From a bacterium (GTDB lineage Bacteria; UBA8248), in NCBI GenBank assembly GCA_965221165.1, contig CBDCRP010000003.1, forward strand, positions 1,312,001 to 1,376,000: a stretch of 64,000 bases of DNA, written 5' to 3'. Below, one piece after another: positions 48,232 to 60,755 of this stretch (within the stretch, counting starts at the first letter, position 1; every line of letters begins with the position of its first letter). The notes beneath the pieces are model-generated. The model had not been told where the DNA came from. It saw only the letters and a program-made list of their open reading frames with translations, and did no database searches. The position numbers were made by a program, and so were the translations under genes.

Positions 48232-48479
48232 AGGACAACCACGGGGGATTGTCCCTACGCATGGGGTATTCGGGACAAATACGACGATTCTCGCCGTAGG
48301 GACAGGCCCCTGTGCCTGTCCTCGAACAACTATCCGTAGGGGACGCATACATGCGTCCCTTCGGGGTTGCCACCTTCAAGGTTCGCGTTCCTGCGGGGTT
48401 GGTCGATCTCGCGGTCGCCACCTCCGGGAAGGCCGGAATTCACAATCCCTCTCTCTTCGGTCGGGAGCGACAGTGAATT
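48232..48479. repeat. REP cluster
   Basis: GTAG palindromes at 48232-48259 (-), 48295-48322 (+) and 48335-48360 (+); 30-bp motif at 48442-48471. Confidence 0.85.
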
Positions 48480-48511
48480 TCTCGCCCGATGTTTATCAGG
48501 ATTCTTGAACG

Positions 48512-49672
48512 TCAGCGCTCAATCAGCTTCAACTGTGAACCGAATTTAACGCCCGCGACTTTGCAGGCGGTTTCAATTTTTTTCTGGATGTCCTTTGTGC
48601 TGAGGTGGTGTCCCAACCACCATCCATTCCCCAGATTCAGAGATGATTTCTCCACGAACTTGGGATTGTCGTAAAGATCATTGCGGTTTCGCGCCACCAA
48701 CCGCCTTGTCCTACCCACTGTTTTCTCAGCGAGGCGCTCCATGAAGTCGGGGGCACGGCGGTCAAACGCCTTTAACACTTCTGCCAAGGTGCGATATGCA
48801 GCTTTGGTTTCAAAGCGCTCGCCATCAAATTCAAACCCGATAACAGTAGACTGCGGCTTGCCTACCCATTTCAACCCAACAGAAGTTGATTTCCTATTCC
48901 GGTCCAATGATTTAGAAGAAGTTGACGACCCAATTTCCGGTTTCTGGGATGAGGCAGAGGCAGGCTTCGATGGACGGGGGCGAGAAGTTGGCGATGTGGC
49001 CTCTGAAAGAAGTCCCTTCAAGAACGCCTCTACATCATCAAGTTTCGGCCTGGTTCCGCACGCTCTCGCCACTTCTTCCGCAAGCAGGTCACGAAGTATA
49101 TCGTCCGGAGTCTCCAGCAGGGTTCGCCAGACACCCGGAATGGCCTTGCGCGCTTTCCCCCGCTCCCGGTTGCTCTTGAGCCGCTGTTCCGCCTCAAGCC
49201 GGGCCTCCTCGGAAACAACACGACTTTTCAAAAGATGTTTCTCGAAAAATTCGACGTATTCGGAAATCCTCTCCTCGTTCGTCAATTCCACCCGATAGAA
49301 TTGCCTATCGGGAGGGTCGCCTGCCGCCATGCTGAGGTAAAAATCCCAAAGATTGCCGTCCGTCAGGATAAGGAACGGCACGCCCCTGTTGACGGCATAT
49401 CGAAACACCTGCTCCTCGCCTTTGATGTCCACGCCACCCAGCCCTTTGGCTTCGATGAAAACCAGCGGGCCACCGCCGCTTCTTAACAGCGCGTAGTCCA
49501 CTCGTCCGTTACCAGCGGAAAATTCCGGCACGAACTCGGCAGGGTCGCTATCGTCCCAATCCAGAGCGCGCAGAATCGGCAGGATGACCGCCTGCTTGAC
49601 TTGGGCCTCATTCTCCAGCGAACCGGAATGGATACGTTCGACTGCTTTTCTTAAAACTTCTTCCAGACTCAT
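48512..49672 (-). CDS. Orphan PD-(D/E)xK (HsdR-N-like) endonuclease with C-terminal SeqA-like domain
   Basis: NEAQVK, PEF...RVDYAL, FIEAK, ILTDG; Ser/Pro/Lys linker; C-terminal GRTRRLVA...GWWLGHHLS. The C-terminal assignment is by eye only. Confidence 0.72.
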   Translation of the reverse strand: MSLEEVLRKAVERIHSGSLENEAQVKQAVILPILRALDWDDSDPAEFVPEFSAGNGRVDYALLRSGGGPLVFIEAKGLGGVDIKGEEQVFRYAVNRGVPFLILTDGNLWDFYLSMAAGDPPDRQFYRVELTNEERISEYVEFFEKHLLKSRVVSEEARLEAEQRLKSNRERGKARKAIPGVWRTLLETPDDILRDLLAEEVARACGTRPKLDDVEAFLKGLLSEATSPTSRPRPSKPASASSQKPEIGSSTSSKSLDRNRKSTSVGLKWVGKPQSTVIGFEFDGERFETKAAYRTLAEVLKAFDRRAPDFMERLAEKTVGRTRRLVARNRNDLYDNPKFVEKSSLNLGNGWWLGHHLSTKDIQKKIETACKVAGVKFGSQLKLIER

Positions 49673-49851
49673 TCCGCCGAAAATTCCTCCCTTTTGATCG
49701 TAATCCACTCCCCCTTGAGGGGAGGTAAGGACGCAGCGCGCAAGCGGACTGGTGGGGAGCCAATTCCGAGCGAAGAGCGAGGAATTGCGGACCGATGTTT
49801 TCCTCGTCTATGGCCTATGCAAACCCTCCCTCATCGGTCGGGTTTGACCCC

Positions 49852-51807
<1,956 letters not shown>

Positions 51808-51920
51808 GAGATCACCTCCCGACTCGGTCATGTGAAAATTATAGTCTTGGCGATTTTCCGCATTGTTGTGTATTCGGGGGGATTTCTCAAGTAGTGGGGC
51901 GGGGAAAACCACACGCCCGC

Positions 51921-52547
51921 TCAAACCGTGAGCGCAGCCCGCACCTCGCGCGCCGCTTGGGCGGGGTCGTCCGCTCCGAGGATGGCGCCGATGAGCGCGA
52001 CGCCGTATGCGCCTCTTTTAAGGCACGCGGAAGCGTTCGCAGCCCCCACGCCTCCGAGGGCATAAACGGGGCCATTGCAGGTCGCAAGTTCTTGTTCGAA
52101 CTTATCGAGGCCCAGGAGGGGGCCGGATGAGAATTTGCTGTTGGTCGGGAAAACGGGGCTCAGCGTCACGAAATCAGCGCCTTGGGCGAATACGCCCGCG
52201 GCCTCAACTCCTGAGTGGGCGGAGTAGCCGATGAGGCCTGCATACCCTCCCGCGCGGGCTGCGGAGACGGAGAGCGTCCCTTTGCCGAGGTGCACGCCGT
52301 CCGCACCCAGGGCTTCGGCCAGTTCCGGATCTGCGTTCACGAGCAGGCGCGCACCGTATTGATTCGCGAGCGAGACGACTTCTCTGCCGATCTTCAGGCG
52401 CTTCTCATAGGATAAATCTTTTTCCCGGAACTGAACGAAGCGCACCCCGCCGCCTAAGGCGGCTTCCAGCGCGCCCGGAAGATCGCCCGATGGGGGAGCG
52501 TGCCTGTCCGTGATGAGATAGAGCGGGTCGAGCGTTAATGATTCCAA
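51921..52547 (-). CDS. thiE: Thiamine-phosphate synthase
   Basis: LYLITD, QFREK, DGVHL, SPVFPT, ALGG; follows thiG. Confidence 0.88.
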   Translation of the reverse strand: MESLTLDPLYLITDRHAPPSGDLPGALEAALGGGVRFVQFREKDLSYEKRLKIGREVVSLANQYGARLLVNADPELAEALGADGVHLGKGTLSVSAARAGGYAGLIGYSAHSGVEAAGVFAQGADFVTLSPVFPTNSKFSSGPLLGLDKFEQELATCNGPVYALGGVGAANASACLKRGAYGVALIGAILGADDPAQAAREVRAALTV

Positions 52548-52566
52548 AATTTTCCCGAAACCAGCC

Positions 52567-53343
52567 TTAAGACCCGATGACGCCCGCCAGCGGGCTCGAC
52601 GCCGTGGCGTAGAGCTTCATGGGAATGCGCCCCGCCTCATAGGCGAGCCTGCCCGCCCCGACGCCCAGGTTCATGGCCCGCGCCATCTTCACCGGATCGT
52701 CGGCGCCTGCGATGGCCGTCTGCATCAAGACGGCGGCCGCGCCCAGCTCCATGGCCACGGCGGCGTCCGAAGCCGTGCCCACGCCCGCGTCCACGATGAC
52801 GGGAACCGAAATCTGCTGCATGATGATCTGGAGGTTGTAGGGGTTTCGTATACCCATCCCGGAACCTATCGGCGCGGCGAGGGGCATGACGGCGTGGCAG
52901 CCCAACTGTTCGAGCTTCTTGCAGATCACCGGGTCGTCGATGCAGTAGGGCAGGACGATGAAGCCGTCGTCCAGCAGGATTTTGCACGCCTCGAGCAGGC
53001 CCTCGTTGTCCGGGAAGAGCGTGTCCTCATCGCCGATGACCTCGACCTTCACGAAGTCCGACCCCGTGGCCTCGCGCGCGAGCCTCGCCGTCGTCACCGC
53101 GCTTTTCACGTCGTAGCAGCCCGCCGTGTTGGGCAGCATCGTATATTTTTCCTTATCGAAATGCGCCCAGAAACCCTCGGAAGAATCATCTTCCAGGTCC
53201 ACGCGGCGCACGGCGACGGTGACGATTTCCGTACCGCTCGCTTCGAGCGCATCGCGCATCACGGCGAAACTCGGATATTTGCCCGAACCCACCAAAAGGC
53301 GAGAAGTGAACGTCTTTCCCCCGATCTCATACGTGCTCATCAC
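52567..53343 (-). CDS. thiG: Thiazole synthase
   Basis: [37 protein letters not shown]. Confidence 0.97.
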   Translation of the reverse strand: MMSTYEIGGKTFTSRLLVGSGKYPSFAVMRDALEASGTEIVTVAVRRVDLEDDSSEGFWAHFDKEKYTMLPNTAGCYDVKSAVTTARLAREATGSDFVKVEVIGDEDTLFPDNEGLLEACKILLDDGFIVLPYCIDDPVICKKLEQLGCHAVMPLAAPIGSGMGIRNPYNLQIIMQQISVPVIVDAGVGTASDAAVAMELGAAAVLMQTAIAGADDPVKMARAMNLGVGAGRLAYEAGRIPMKLYATASSPLAGVIGS

Positions 53344-53392
53344 ACCCCCTCCCGGCGCCGACGCATAAGGCCGCGCCCGTTTTCATTTATGA

Positions 53393-53593
53393 TCAGCCCC
53401 CGCCCACGGCGCGGACGATCTCGACCTCGTCTCCATCGGATAAATGCGTATCCCCGTATTCGCCCCGGCGGACGATCTCCATGTTGAGCGCCACGGCGAT
53501 GCCGTTGACTTCGAGCGACATGGACTCCAGAAGAGCGGCTATCGTCGCGCCCGCATCCAGCTCCCTGTCCTCTCCGTTCACCCGGACTTGCAA
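53393..53593 (-). CDS. thiS: Sulfur carrier protein ThiS
   Basis: 66 aa, VNGE, C-terminal VGGG. Confidence 0.95.
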   Translation of the reverse strand: MQVRVNGEDRELDAGATIAALLESMSLEVNGIAVALNMEIVRRGEYGDTHLSDGDEVEIVRAVGGG

Positions 53594-53643
53594 GAATTCA
53601 TCTCCCGAGACGACACCCGGTACGAAACACCCCGCGCGCCATC

Positions 53644-53674
53644 AAAAAAAGCCGCCCCGCGATTCGGGAGCGGC
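53644..53674 (-). terminator. Intrinsic terminator in the thiS leader (riboswitch expression platform)
   Basis: Minus strand GCCGCTCCCG-AAT-CGCGGGGCGGC followed by T7. Confidence 0.8.
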
Positions 53675-53697
53675 CAAAGACGACTGCATTCTCGGGC

Positions 53698-53785
53698 CCG
53701 CTTCCCTTCGCTGGAATTACCCAGTGCAGGTTCCAAGGGTTGCCCTCTATTCCGGGCTCTCAGCACATCCACCCCTAGCAGGAAC
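53698..53785 (-). ncRNA. TPP riboswitch
   Basis: Minus strand GGGGT...GCTGAGA...ACCCTTGGAACCTG...GGTAATTCCAGCGAAGGGAAG, upstream of thiSGE. Confidence 0.93.
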
Positions 53786-53959
53786 TTCCACCCAAGAGCA
53801 TATATGGACGCAGCGCGAGTTGCAACGCGCAAAAGGCAAACGCGCGCGGCGAGGCGGTGTGCAATTCCACCTGATTTCGGGTATGAATACGAAAAACCAC
53901 AAAACGTCGCCTTAGGTTCCCCGAACCTTGCGCATACCCATCGACCGAGGAGCATGCCC

Positions 53960-55060
53960 ATGAAAGCAGCCATCTTCCACGAAGTCGGCAAACCGATGAC
54001 CATCGAACCCATCGAGGTGGCCCCGCCCAAGGCGGGAGAAGTACTCGTACACTACCGCGCGGGCGGCGTCTGCCACAGCGACCACCACGCCATGGTGGGC
54101 TTGTTCCCGGTGCCCACGCCCATCGTCATGGGCCATGAGGGCGCAGGCGTCGTGGAAGAGGTCGGCCCCGGCGTGACCTCCGTGAAGCCCGGCGATCACG
54201 TGGTATCCGTCTGGCGCTACAGCTGCGGCGCGTGCGAGCTCTGCCTCTCGGGGCGGCCCGCCATCTGCGGCGAGGGCATCCGCATGCGGGCGGACGGCAC
54301 GCTATCGGACGGAACGACGCGCTTTTCCGTCAACGGCGAGAAGGTGCATCACTTTCTCGGCGTCTCCACCTTCAGTTCCCACTCGGTGATGTCCGAGAAA
54401 TCGGTGCTCAAGATAAGAGAAGACTTTTCGCTGGAGAAGGCGGCGGTGGTGAGTTGCGCCGTCATCACGGGGGTGGGCGCGGTGGTGAACGGCGCCAAGG
54501 TGGCTCCGGGCGAGAGCGTGGCCGTGTTCGGCGCGGGCGGCGTGGGGCTGAACGCGATTCAGGGGGCGGCCCTCATAGGGGCTGAGCCCATCATCGCGGT
54601 CGACCTGATGCAGAACAAACTCGAGATGGCGAAAAAGTTCGGCGCGACCCACACGGTGAACTCCTCCGATGAGGACGCGATAGAGGCCATTCGCGAGATC
54701 ACCGGCGGCAAGGGCGCGCACTACGCCTTCGAGTTCATCGGCGTGCCCGAGGTGATGTCCACGGCGTTCGACAGCGTACGCACGGGCGGCACGGCCGTCA
54801 TCGTGGGCATCGCGGGCGTGAAATCGAAGGTCTCGATACCCCCCGTGTCCCTGGTGACGGAGGAAAAACGCCTCATCGGCTCCCTCTACGGCTCATCCAA
54901 CCCGCGCCTCTTCGTGCCCCGGCTCATCGACCTCTACATGGCCGGAAAACTGAATCTCGACGATCTGCTCACCAAGGAGTGGCCCATCGAGCAGATCAAC
55001 GAGGCGTACGAGGCGCTCTTGAACGGCGAGGTGGCCCGCAGCGTCGTCGTGCACGAATAA
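53960..55060 (+). CDS. Zn-dependent alcohol dehydrogenase (class III-like)
   Basis: CHSD, GHEGAG, CGACELC, GAGGVG; GAGGAG SD. Confidence 0.92.
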   Translation: MKAAIFHEVGKPMTIEPIEVAPPKAGEVLVHYRAGGVCHSDHHAMVGLFPVPTPIVMGHEGAGVVEEVGPGVTSVKPGDHVVSVWRYSCGACELCLSGRPAICGEGIRMRADGTLSDGTTRFSVNGEKVHHFLGVSTFSSHSVMSEKSVLKIREDFSLEKAAVVSCAVITGVGAVVNGAKVAPGESVAVFGAGGVGLNAIQGAALIGAEPIIAVDLMQNKLEMAKKFGATHTVNSSDEDAIEAIREITGGKGAHYAFEFIGVPEVMSTAFDSVRTGGTAVIVGIAGVKSKVSIPPVSLVTEEKRLIGSLYGSSNPRLFVPRLIDLYMAGKLNLDDLLTKEWPIEQINEAYEALLNGEVARSVVVHE

Positions 55061-55312
55061 AGGGGAAATTATCGGGGGAAAAAAGAATTCGCGTTAGATG
55101 TAATTGTTACAATTTCGGGGTGCGTTTTGCTTGTCAATGTGTTTCGGACGTCCTCATTCCACGCGCGCGGCGGGGTGCAAAGCCCAAACAAGCCCCCGAT
55201 CCGGGCGTTTGACCGGTTTATCCTTTTTGATTAGCCTGCTCTTGGGGAAAAGAACGGGTTCATCAGTCCGTAGCGGCAGTTGTCGCCAGTCTCGCATACA
55301 AGGAGGCGCATT

Positions 55313-56848
55313 TTGACTGACTATACCGTGATTCGCGATGGCTCGGACGAGAACACCTACCAAGACGCCGATGGCGTCGCCCACGCCTACACATTCTACT
55401 ACGGTCACGGAAACGACACCATCACCAACTTCGCCGACGGCGAAGACCGCATCGATCTCAGCCGATTTCCCACCATTTCGGACTTCTCCAACTTGACTAT
55501 AACCTCCGATGCGGATGGCGTCACGATCGACCTCACCGACCACGGCGGCGGCACGATCCGGCTCGAAGGATTCGACGTTACGAACCTCGACGCGTCGGAT
55601 TTCCTGTTTCGCGTCGATCAGACGATAGAGGGTGACGAAGGCGACAACACCCTCAGGGGCGACACCGGCGACGACACCATTTATGGCGGCGCAGGAGACG
55701 ACCATCTCTCGGGCAACGCGGGAGAGGACACGTTATACGGCGGTGAGGGCGATGACGGTTTTAGTGGCGGCGAGGGCGATGACTCACTCTATGGCGGCGT
55801 GGGCGACGACGATCTCTACGGCCATGGGGGCAAAGACGCGCTTTACGGCGGCGCAGGCAGCGACTTTCTCATCGGCGGCGGAGGTGACGATACTCTCGAG
55901 GGCGGCGCGGGTTTCGACTATCTCAACGGCGGCTCCGGGAACGACACATTGCGTGGTGGCGACGAGGACGACACGCTGAAAGGCGGCGCGGGCGACGACA
56001 ACCTCTATGGCGACGCGGGCGACGATACCCTCATCGGCGGCGAGGGAGACGACACGCTCACGGGCGGCGCCGGCGACGACGCCTTCACGTTCGGTCCTAC
56101 TCACGGGAACGACACCATTACCGACTTTACCGAAGGGCCGGACCGCATCGATCTCAGCGGGTTTTCCACCATATCGGACTTCTCCGACCTGACGGTGACT
56201 TCAGACGGGGACGACGCCGTGATCGACCTCACCGCTCATGGAGGCGGGACGATTCGCCTCGAGGGATTCGACGCCTCGAACCTAGACACGGCGGACTTCC
56301 TGTTCAAACCGATCGAGGGCGACAACGGCGACAACACACTCACGGGCGGTGCGGGCGACGACACCATTTGGGGCGGTCATCTGGGCGACGACACGATCTA
56401 TGGCGGTGCGGGCGACGATACGATCGATGGTGTCGCGGGCGACGATACCATTTATGGCGGCGCAGGAGATGATTGTCTCGATGGCGGCGAGGGCGACGAC
56501 ACGATTTCAGGCGGCGCGGGCGACGATTATATCGACGGCGGCGGGGACGACGACACGCTCACGGGCGGCGCGGGCGACGATAACTTCGTGATCGGCTACG
56601 ATCAAGGAAACGACACGATCACCGACTTCACTGGCGGGGAAGACCGCATCGATCTCTCTTGGCTCTATGAGATTTCCGGTTTCGATGATCTGACCATCAC
56701 CGCAGACGGAAACGACGCCGTGATCGACCTGACCGCACATGGCAGCGGCACGATCCGGCTTGAGAACTTCGCCGTCGCGAACCTCGATGCTGAAGACTTC
56801 ACGTTTTACGATTCATCGGCAGATGAGGGTGGCGTCGACGGCATGTGA
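55313..56848 (+). CDS. RTX/hemolysin-type Ca-binding repeat protein
   Basis: Many GGxGxDxLx nonapeptides and three copies of a GNDTITDF..DRIDLS..IDLT.HGGGTIRLE module; AGGAGG before TTG 55313. Confidence 0.92.
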   Translation: MTDYTVIRDGSDENTYQDADGVAHAYTFYYGHGNDTITNFADGEDRIDLSRFPTISDFSNLTITSDADGVTIDLTDHGGGTIRLEGFDVTNLDASDFLFRVDQTIEGDEGDNTLRGDTGDDTIYGGAGDDHLSGNAGEDTLYGGEGDDGFSGGEGDDSLYGGVGDDDLYGHGGKDALYGGAGSDFLIGGGGDDTLEGGAGFDYLNGGSGNDTLRGGDEDDTLKGGAGDDNLYGDAGDDTLIGGEGDDTLTGGAGDDAFTFGPTHGNDTITDFTEGPDRIDLSGFSTISDFSDLTVTSDGDDAVIDLTAHGGGTIRLEGFDASNLDTADFLFKPIEGDNGDNTLTGGAGDDTIWGGHLGDDTIYGGAGDDTIDGVAGDDTIYGGAGDDCLDGGEGDDTISGGAGDDYIDGGGDDDTLTGGAGDDNFVIGYDQGNDTITDFTGGEDRIDLSWLYEISGFDDLTITADGNDAVIDLTAHGSGTIRLENFAVANLDAEDFTFYDSSADEGGVDGM

Positions 56849-57090
56849 GGCGCGAAGGTTTTTTTCGTCGACTCCTCTACTCGATGATTCCCGATGAATC
56901 TCACGGTCCGCTTCCCCGTTGCGCTCAAGGGACCACTCTCCGCAAGCCGGCGGCGCGGCGCGCTCTGTTCCTCTTTCCTCCCCTGGCACACTGGGCCGCC
57001 CCTCTCGAAAACCGGCGTTTGGACATGCGCGCTCGTTTTTTGATATTCTGGCCTCATCCTATCCCACCTGATCCCGCCGGAGGAGAGCGC

Positions 57091-57720
57091 ATGGCCATCA
57101 TCGACATCTCGGTTCCCGTAGAAGAAGGAAAAATGCCAATCTATCCCGGGAATCCGGGGCTTTCGATGCGCTTTCACGCTTCTTTCGATGCGGGAGACGA
57201 CGTCTGCCTCACCGAGGCCGTCTTCGGCGTGCACACCGGCACGCATCTGGACGCTCCCATGCACTACCTGCATGATGCGGGCGGCATCGAGACGCTCGAT
57301 CTCAAGACCCTCATGGGTCCCGCCCGGGTGATCGCGATAGAGAACCACGAGTGCATCACGGCGGAAGAACTGAGAACGAAAAATCTGGAGGGCGCGACGC
57401 GCTTTCTCATCAAGACGCGCAATTCGGACGAGGGATGGTGGGCGAAACCATACTATCCTAATTACTGCCACATGACGCCCGAAGCCGGCCAGCTTCTCTA
57501 CGACCACGGGATGGCGCTCCTGGGCGTGGACTACCTCGGCGTGGACGCGCCCGACCCGAACGCGCCCGTCCACATGCTGCTGATGCCCCTTGGCGTCGTC
57601 CTGCTCGAAGGTCTGAACCTGGCGAACGCGCCCGAGGGCGATTATGAACTCATCGCCCTGCCCGCCCTCCTCAAGGGGCGAGACGGCGCGCCCGCCCGCG
57701 CGGTTTTGAGAACCCTCTAA
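57091..57720 (+). CDS. Cyclase family (kynurenine formamidase-like)
   Basis: HTGTHLDAPMH, GVDYL, DGAPARA. Confidence 0.9.
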   Translation: MAIIDISVPVEEGKMPIYPGNPGLSMRFHASFDAGDDVCLTEAVFGVHTGTHLDAPMHYLHDAGGIETLDLKTLMGPARVIAIENHECITAEELRTKNLEGATRFLIKTRNSDEGWWAKPYYPNYCHMTPEAGQLLYDHGMALLGVDYLGVDAPDPNAPVHMLLMPLGVVLLEGLNLANAPEGDYELIALPALLKGRDGAPARAVLRTL

Positions 57721-57798
57721 GCCGCTTGCCCCAAAACCGATTTTCGGGAAATACTCCCACCCGCAAACAGATTTCACGATTTCCCGACGAGGAGTAGT

Positions 57799-58578
57799 AT
57801 GAACACGTCCAGGGAACAAAGAGACGCCGTACAGAAAATATACAACCAGGATTCTGACTACTACGTCACCAGCGCGCCCCATGCGCGGAGCAGTTCCCTC
57901 GCGCGCGCAGCCGAGGTGCTGAACCCGAGCGGCGGGGTCCACCTGGACATCGCCACCGGTGCGGGCCACACGGCCTACCAGATGGCGGAGAAGTGCCGCC
58001 ACGTCATCGCGAGCGACTTGACGGCGGGCATGCTCGATTCCGCGCGCAAACTCGGGCAAGAGAAGGGAATCGGGAACGCCTCGTTCTTGAGAACGGACGC
58101 CGAGAACATCGCCGTCCAGACGGGTTCGCTCGATTCGGTGTCGGTGCGCATCGCGCCCCATCATTTCCCGGACGTTCCGGCGTCGATGCGCGAGATGTTC
58201 CGTGTGCTGAAGCCGGGGGGAAGGCTGGTCTACATCGACAACATCGCGCCCGAAGAACCCAAAGAACAGGACAGCTACAACGATTTCGAGCGCCTGCGCG
58301 ACCCGAGCCACAACCGCTGCGACAGCCTGCCCGGCCTGGTGGAAATGCTCGAGGCGGCGGGCTTTCGCGTCCTCTATTCCGAGACCTTGAGGAAGAAGAT
58401 GGTGCTCTCCCATTGGGTGCAGCGCCCCCACCTCACGGATGAGGACAAGGCGGCGCTTCGCGAATATCTCGAAACCGCCTCGCCCGCGATCTCCTACTGG
58501 CTCGACCCGCGCGAGGAGGACGGCGAATACGCCTTCGACGAGCAGGAAGCCGTCATCCTCGCCGAACGCCCCGCATGA
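57799..58578 (+). CDS. Class I SAM-dependent methyltransferase
   Basis: LDIATGAGH, APHHFPD, RVLKPGG, RDPSH. Confidence 0.9.
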   Translation: MNTSREQRDAVQKIYNQDSDYYVTSAPHARSSSLARAAEVLNPSGGVHLDIATGAGHTAYQMAEKCRHVIASDLTAGMLDSARKLGQEKGIGNASFLRTDAENIAVQTGSLDSVSVRIAPHHFPDVPASMREMFRVLKPGGRLVYIDNIAPEEPKEQDSYNDFERLRDPSHNRCDSLPGLVEMLEAAGFRVLYSETLRKKMVLSHWVQRPHLTDEDKAALREYLETASPAISYWLDPREEDGEYAFDEQEAVILAERPA

Positions 58579-59948
58579 GCACCGACGAAACGCAGCGCCT
58601 CCGCCGCCTGATAGACGCGGACAGAAAACACCTCTGGCATCCCTTCACCTCCATGGACGAATGGGAGCGCGAAGACCCCCCACTCATCGTCGAGCGCGGC
58701 GAGGGGGCGTACTTGATCGACGTGGAGGGTAAGCGCTATCTCGACGGCGTCTCCTCCCTGTGGGTGAACGTCCACGGACACCGAAAAGAGGAAATCGACG
58801 AGGCGGTTCGCGCGCAGCTCGGGCGAATCGCCCACACCACCCAACTGGGGATGGCGAACCCCGCCGCCATAGAACTCGCGGAAAAGCTCACGGAAATCGC
58901 ACCGGCGGGCTTAACCCGCGTCTTTTATTCGGACTCGGGCGCAACGGCGGTGGAGGTCGCCCTCAAGATGGCCTTTCAGTACCAAAAGCAACGAAAGAAT
59001 CCGAAACCCGAGAAAGACAGGTTCCTGACGTTAAACCTCGCCTATCACGGCGATACCATCGGCGCGGTGTCTCTTGGCGGAATCGATCTGTTCCACCACA
59101 TCTTCGGCCCCTTGCTGTTCCGGACCATGCGGGCGGAGGCGCCCTATTGCTTCTGGTGCCCGAGGGGGGCGGAGAACCCGCCGTGCCCGGTCTGCGCGGG
59201 AGATGAGATGGCGGGCCAAATCGAAGAAAACGCAGCCCATCTCGCCGCCGTAGTGGTCGAGCCGATGGTGCAGGGGGCGGCGGGGATGATCGTGCAGCCG
59301 CCCGGTTTTCTCCATAAAGTGCGCGAAGCGTGCACCGGGCACGACGTGCTCCTGATAGCCGACGAGGTGGCTACGGGCTTTGGGCGCACCGGCCCCATGT
59401 TCGCCTGCGAGCACGAAGGCGTGGCGCCCGACATCCTGTGCGTGGCCAAGGGGATCACGGGCGGCTATCTGCCGCTGGCGGCGACGCTCGCGACCGAGGA
59501 GATATTCGACGCCTTTCGCGGCCCGCCCGAGATGGGCCGCGCGTTTTTTCACGGACATTCCTACACGGGAAATCCCCTGGGCTGCGCCGCCGCGCTGGCG
59601 AACCTCGAAATTTTCGAGCGGGAAAAAACAATTCAAAACAACGCGCCCAAGATCGCGCACCTGTGGAGCGAACTCGAAAAACTGAAAAACGCAGCGCACG
59701 TGGGCGAGGTTCGCGGCCTGGGCTGGATGGTGGGCGTGGAACTCGTGAAGGACAAGGAGAAGAAAGAACCCTACACCCCTGCGGAGCGCAAGGGACGCGA
59801 AGTCATCCTCGCGGCGAGAAGGCGCGGCCTCGCCGTGCGGCCCCTGGGCGACGTGGTCGTTCTCATGCCGCCTTATTGCGTGACGAACGAGGAAACAAGC
59901 CGGATGGTCGGCGTCCTGGACGAGGCGATACGCGAGGCGTGCGCCTAG
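58575..59948 (+). CDS. bioA: Adenosylmethionine-8-amino-7-oxononanoate aminotransferase
   Basis: HLWHPFT, SSLWVNVHG, YHGDT, DEVATGFGRTG, AKGITGGYLP, HGHSYTGNP. Confidence 0.94.
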   Translation: MSTDETQRLRRLIDADRKHLWHPFTSMDEWEREDPPLIVERGEGAYLIDVEGKRYLDGVSSLWVNVHGHRKEEIDEAVRAQLGRIAHTTQLGMANPAAIELAEKLTEIAPAGLTRVFYSDSGATAVEVALKMAFQYQKQRKNPKPEKDRFLTLNLAYHGDTIGAVSLGGIDLFHHIFGPLLFRTMRAEAPYCFWCPRGAENPPCPVCAGDEMAGQIEENAAHLAAVVVEPMVQGAAGMIVQPPGFLHKVREACTGHDVLLIADEVATGFGRTGPMFACEHEGVAPDILCVAKGITGGYLPLAATLATEEIFDAFRGPPEMGRAFFHGHSYTGNPLGCAAALANLEIFEREKTIQNNAPKIAHLWSELEKLKNAAHVGEVRGLGWMVGVELVKDKEKKEPYTPAERKGREVILAARRRGLAVRPLGDVVVLMPPYCVTNEETSRMVGVLDEAIREACA

Positions 59949-60754
59949 CGCGAATTTTCAGGCGCACCGGCGGGAGCGCCCACCGCGCCTACGTCCGACT
60001 TGCTCTTCGGAACGCCCACGGCCTCGACGGGAGCGCTCCCCACGGGCGGAATTTTCTCCCCAGGAAGTCTTGCCGCGTCCCTCGTAGGAGGACTTCCCGC
60101 GGGAGTCGGGGGCGCGCCGCCCGCCTCCGTCTCGTTTGACGTCGTCGGCGACGCATCGGCTTTGCCGGGGGAGGCGCCCCTCTTCGCGATCAGTTCGTCT
60201 CTCGCCTTGAGCGGACCCGTAATGGCGAGAGAACCGGCGATGCTGTGCGCCTCCTGGCCCCCTATGAGCAGCACGACGCGATCGAACAGATCCGGAAAAT
60301 TCTTGATGACGGTGTTGGCGACGCCATAGGCGGTCATCAATTCCGCCCATGCGCCGCCCGGGTGCGCGTCCCTGAGAGATTCGTCGAAGTCGACGTAGAC
60401 GATTCCGCCGGAACCCGGAAACGCCACGCGCAGCCTCGTTCCCTTGGGCAGAATCGGCGCATATCCCTCCTCCCGGGGTCCCTCGATAAGAGCCGCCAGA
60501 AGGTTGCGCAGGGTGTCGATGTTGTTTTTTCCGATTTCCACTTCCACGGGGTATGGGGCCAAAAGGTCTTCTTCCGCCCCGGCGAAATAAAGCGTCTTCC
60601 TGACGGTCGGCGCGCCCGTGGAACCTCGCCGCGCGGGGTCGAGTGCGGCGTCGCGGCCCCGCTCGATGAAGTCGAGGACGGCTTCCTGAAAATTCCACAC
60701 GAGCGCTCCGCTCACCACGACGATCAAGACGGCGAGCGCGATCTTCCTGGACAT
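59945..60754 (-). CDS. GerMN-domain membrane-anchored protein
   Basis: N-terminal TM, LYF, LIEGP, YVDF, HPGG, ANT; next to an amidase. Confidence 0.82.
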   Translation of the reverse strand: MSRKIALAVLIVVVSGALVWNFQEAVLDFIERGRDAALDPARRGSTGAPTVRKTLYFAGAEEDLLAPYPVEVEIGKNNIDTLRNLLAALIEGPREEGYAPILPKGTRLRVAFPGSGGIVYVDFDESLRDAHPGGAWAELMTAYGVANTVIKNFPDLFDRVVLLIGGQEAHSIAGSLAITGPLKARDELIAKRGASPGKADASPTTSNETEAGGAPPTPAGSPPTRDAARLPGEKIPPVGSAPVEAVGVPKSKSDVGAVGAPAGAPENSR

Positions 60755-60755
60755 A

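Noticed and set aside
55160-55300. Possible c-di-GMP riboswitch before the RTX gene
   Set aside because: Only a GCAAAG fragment resembles the motif; the full consensus could not be matched by eye.
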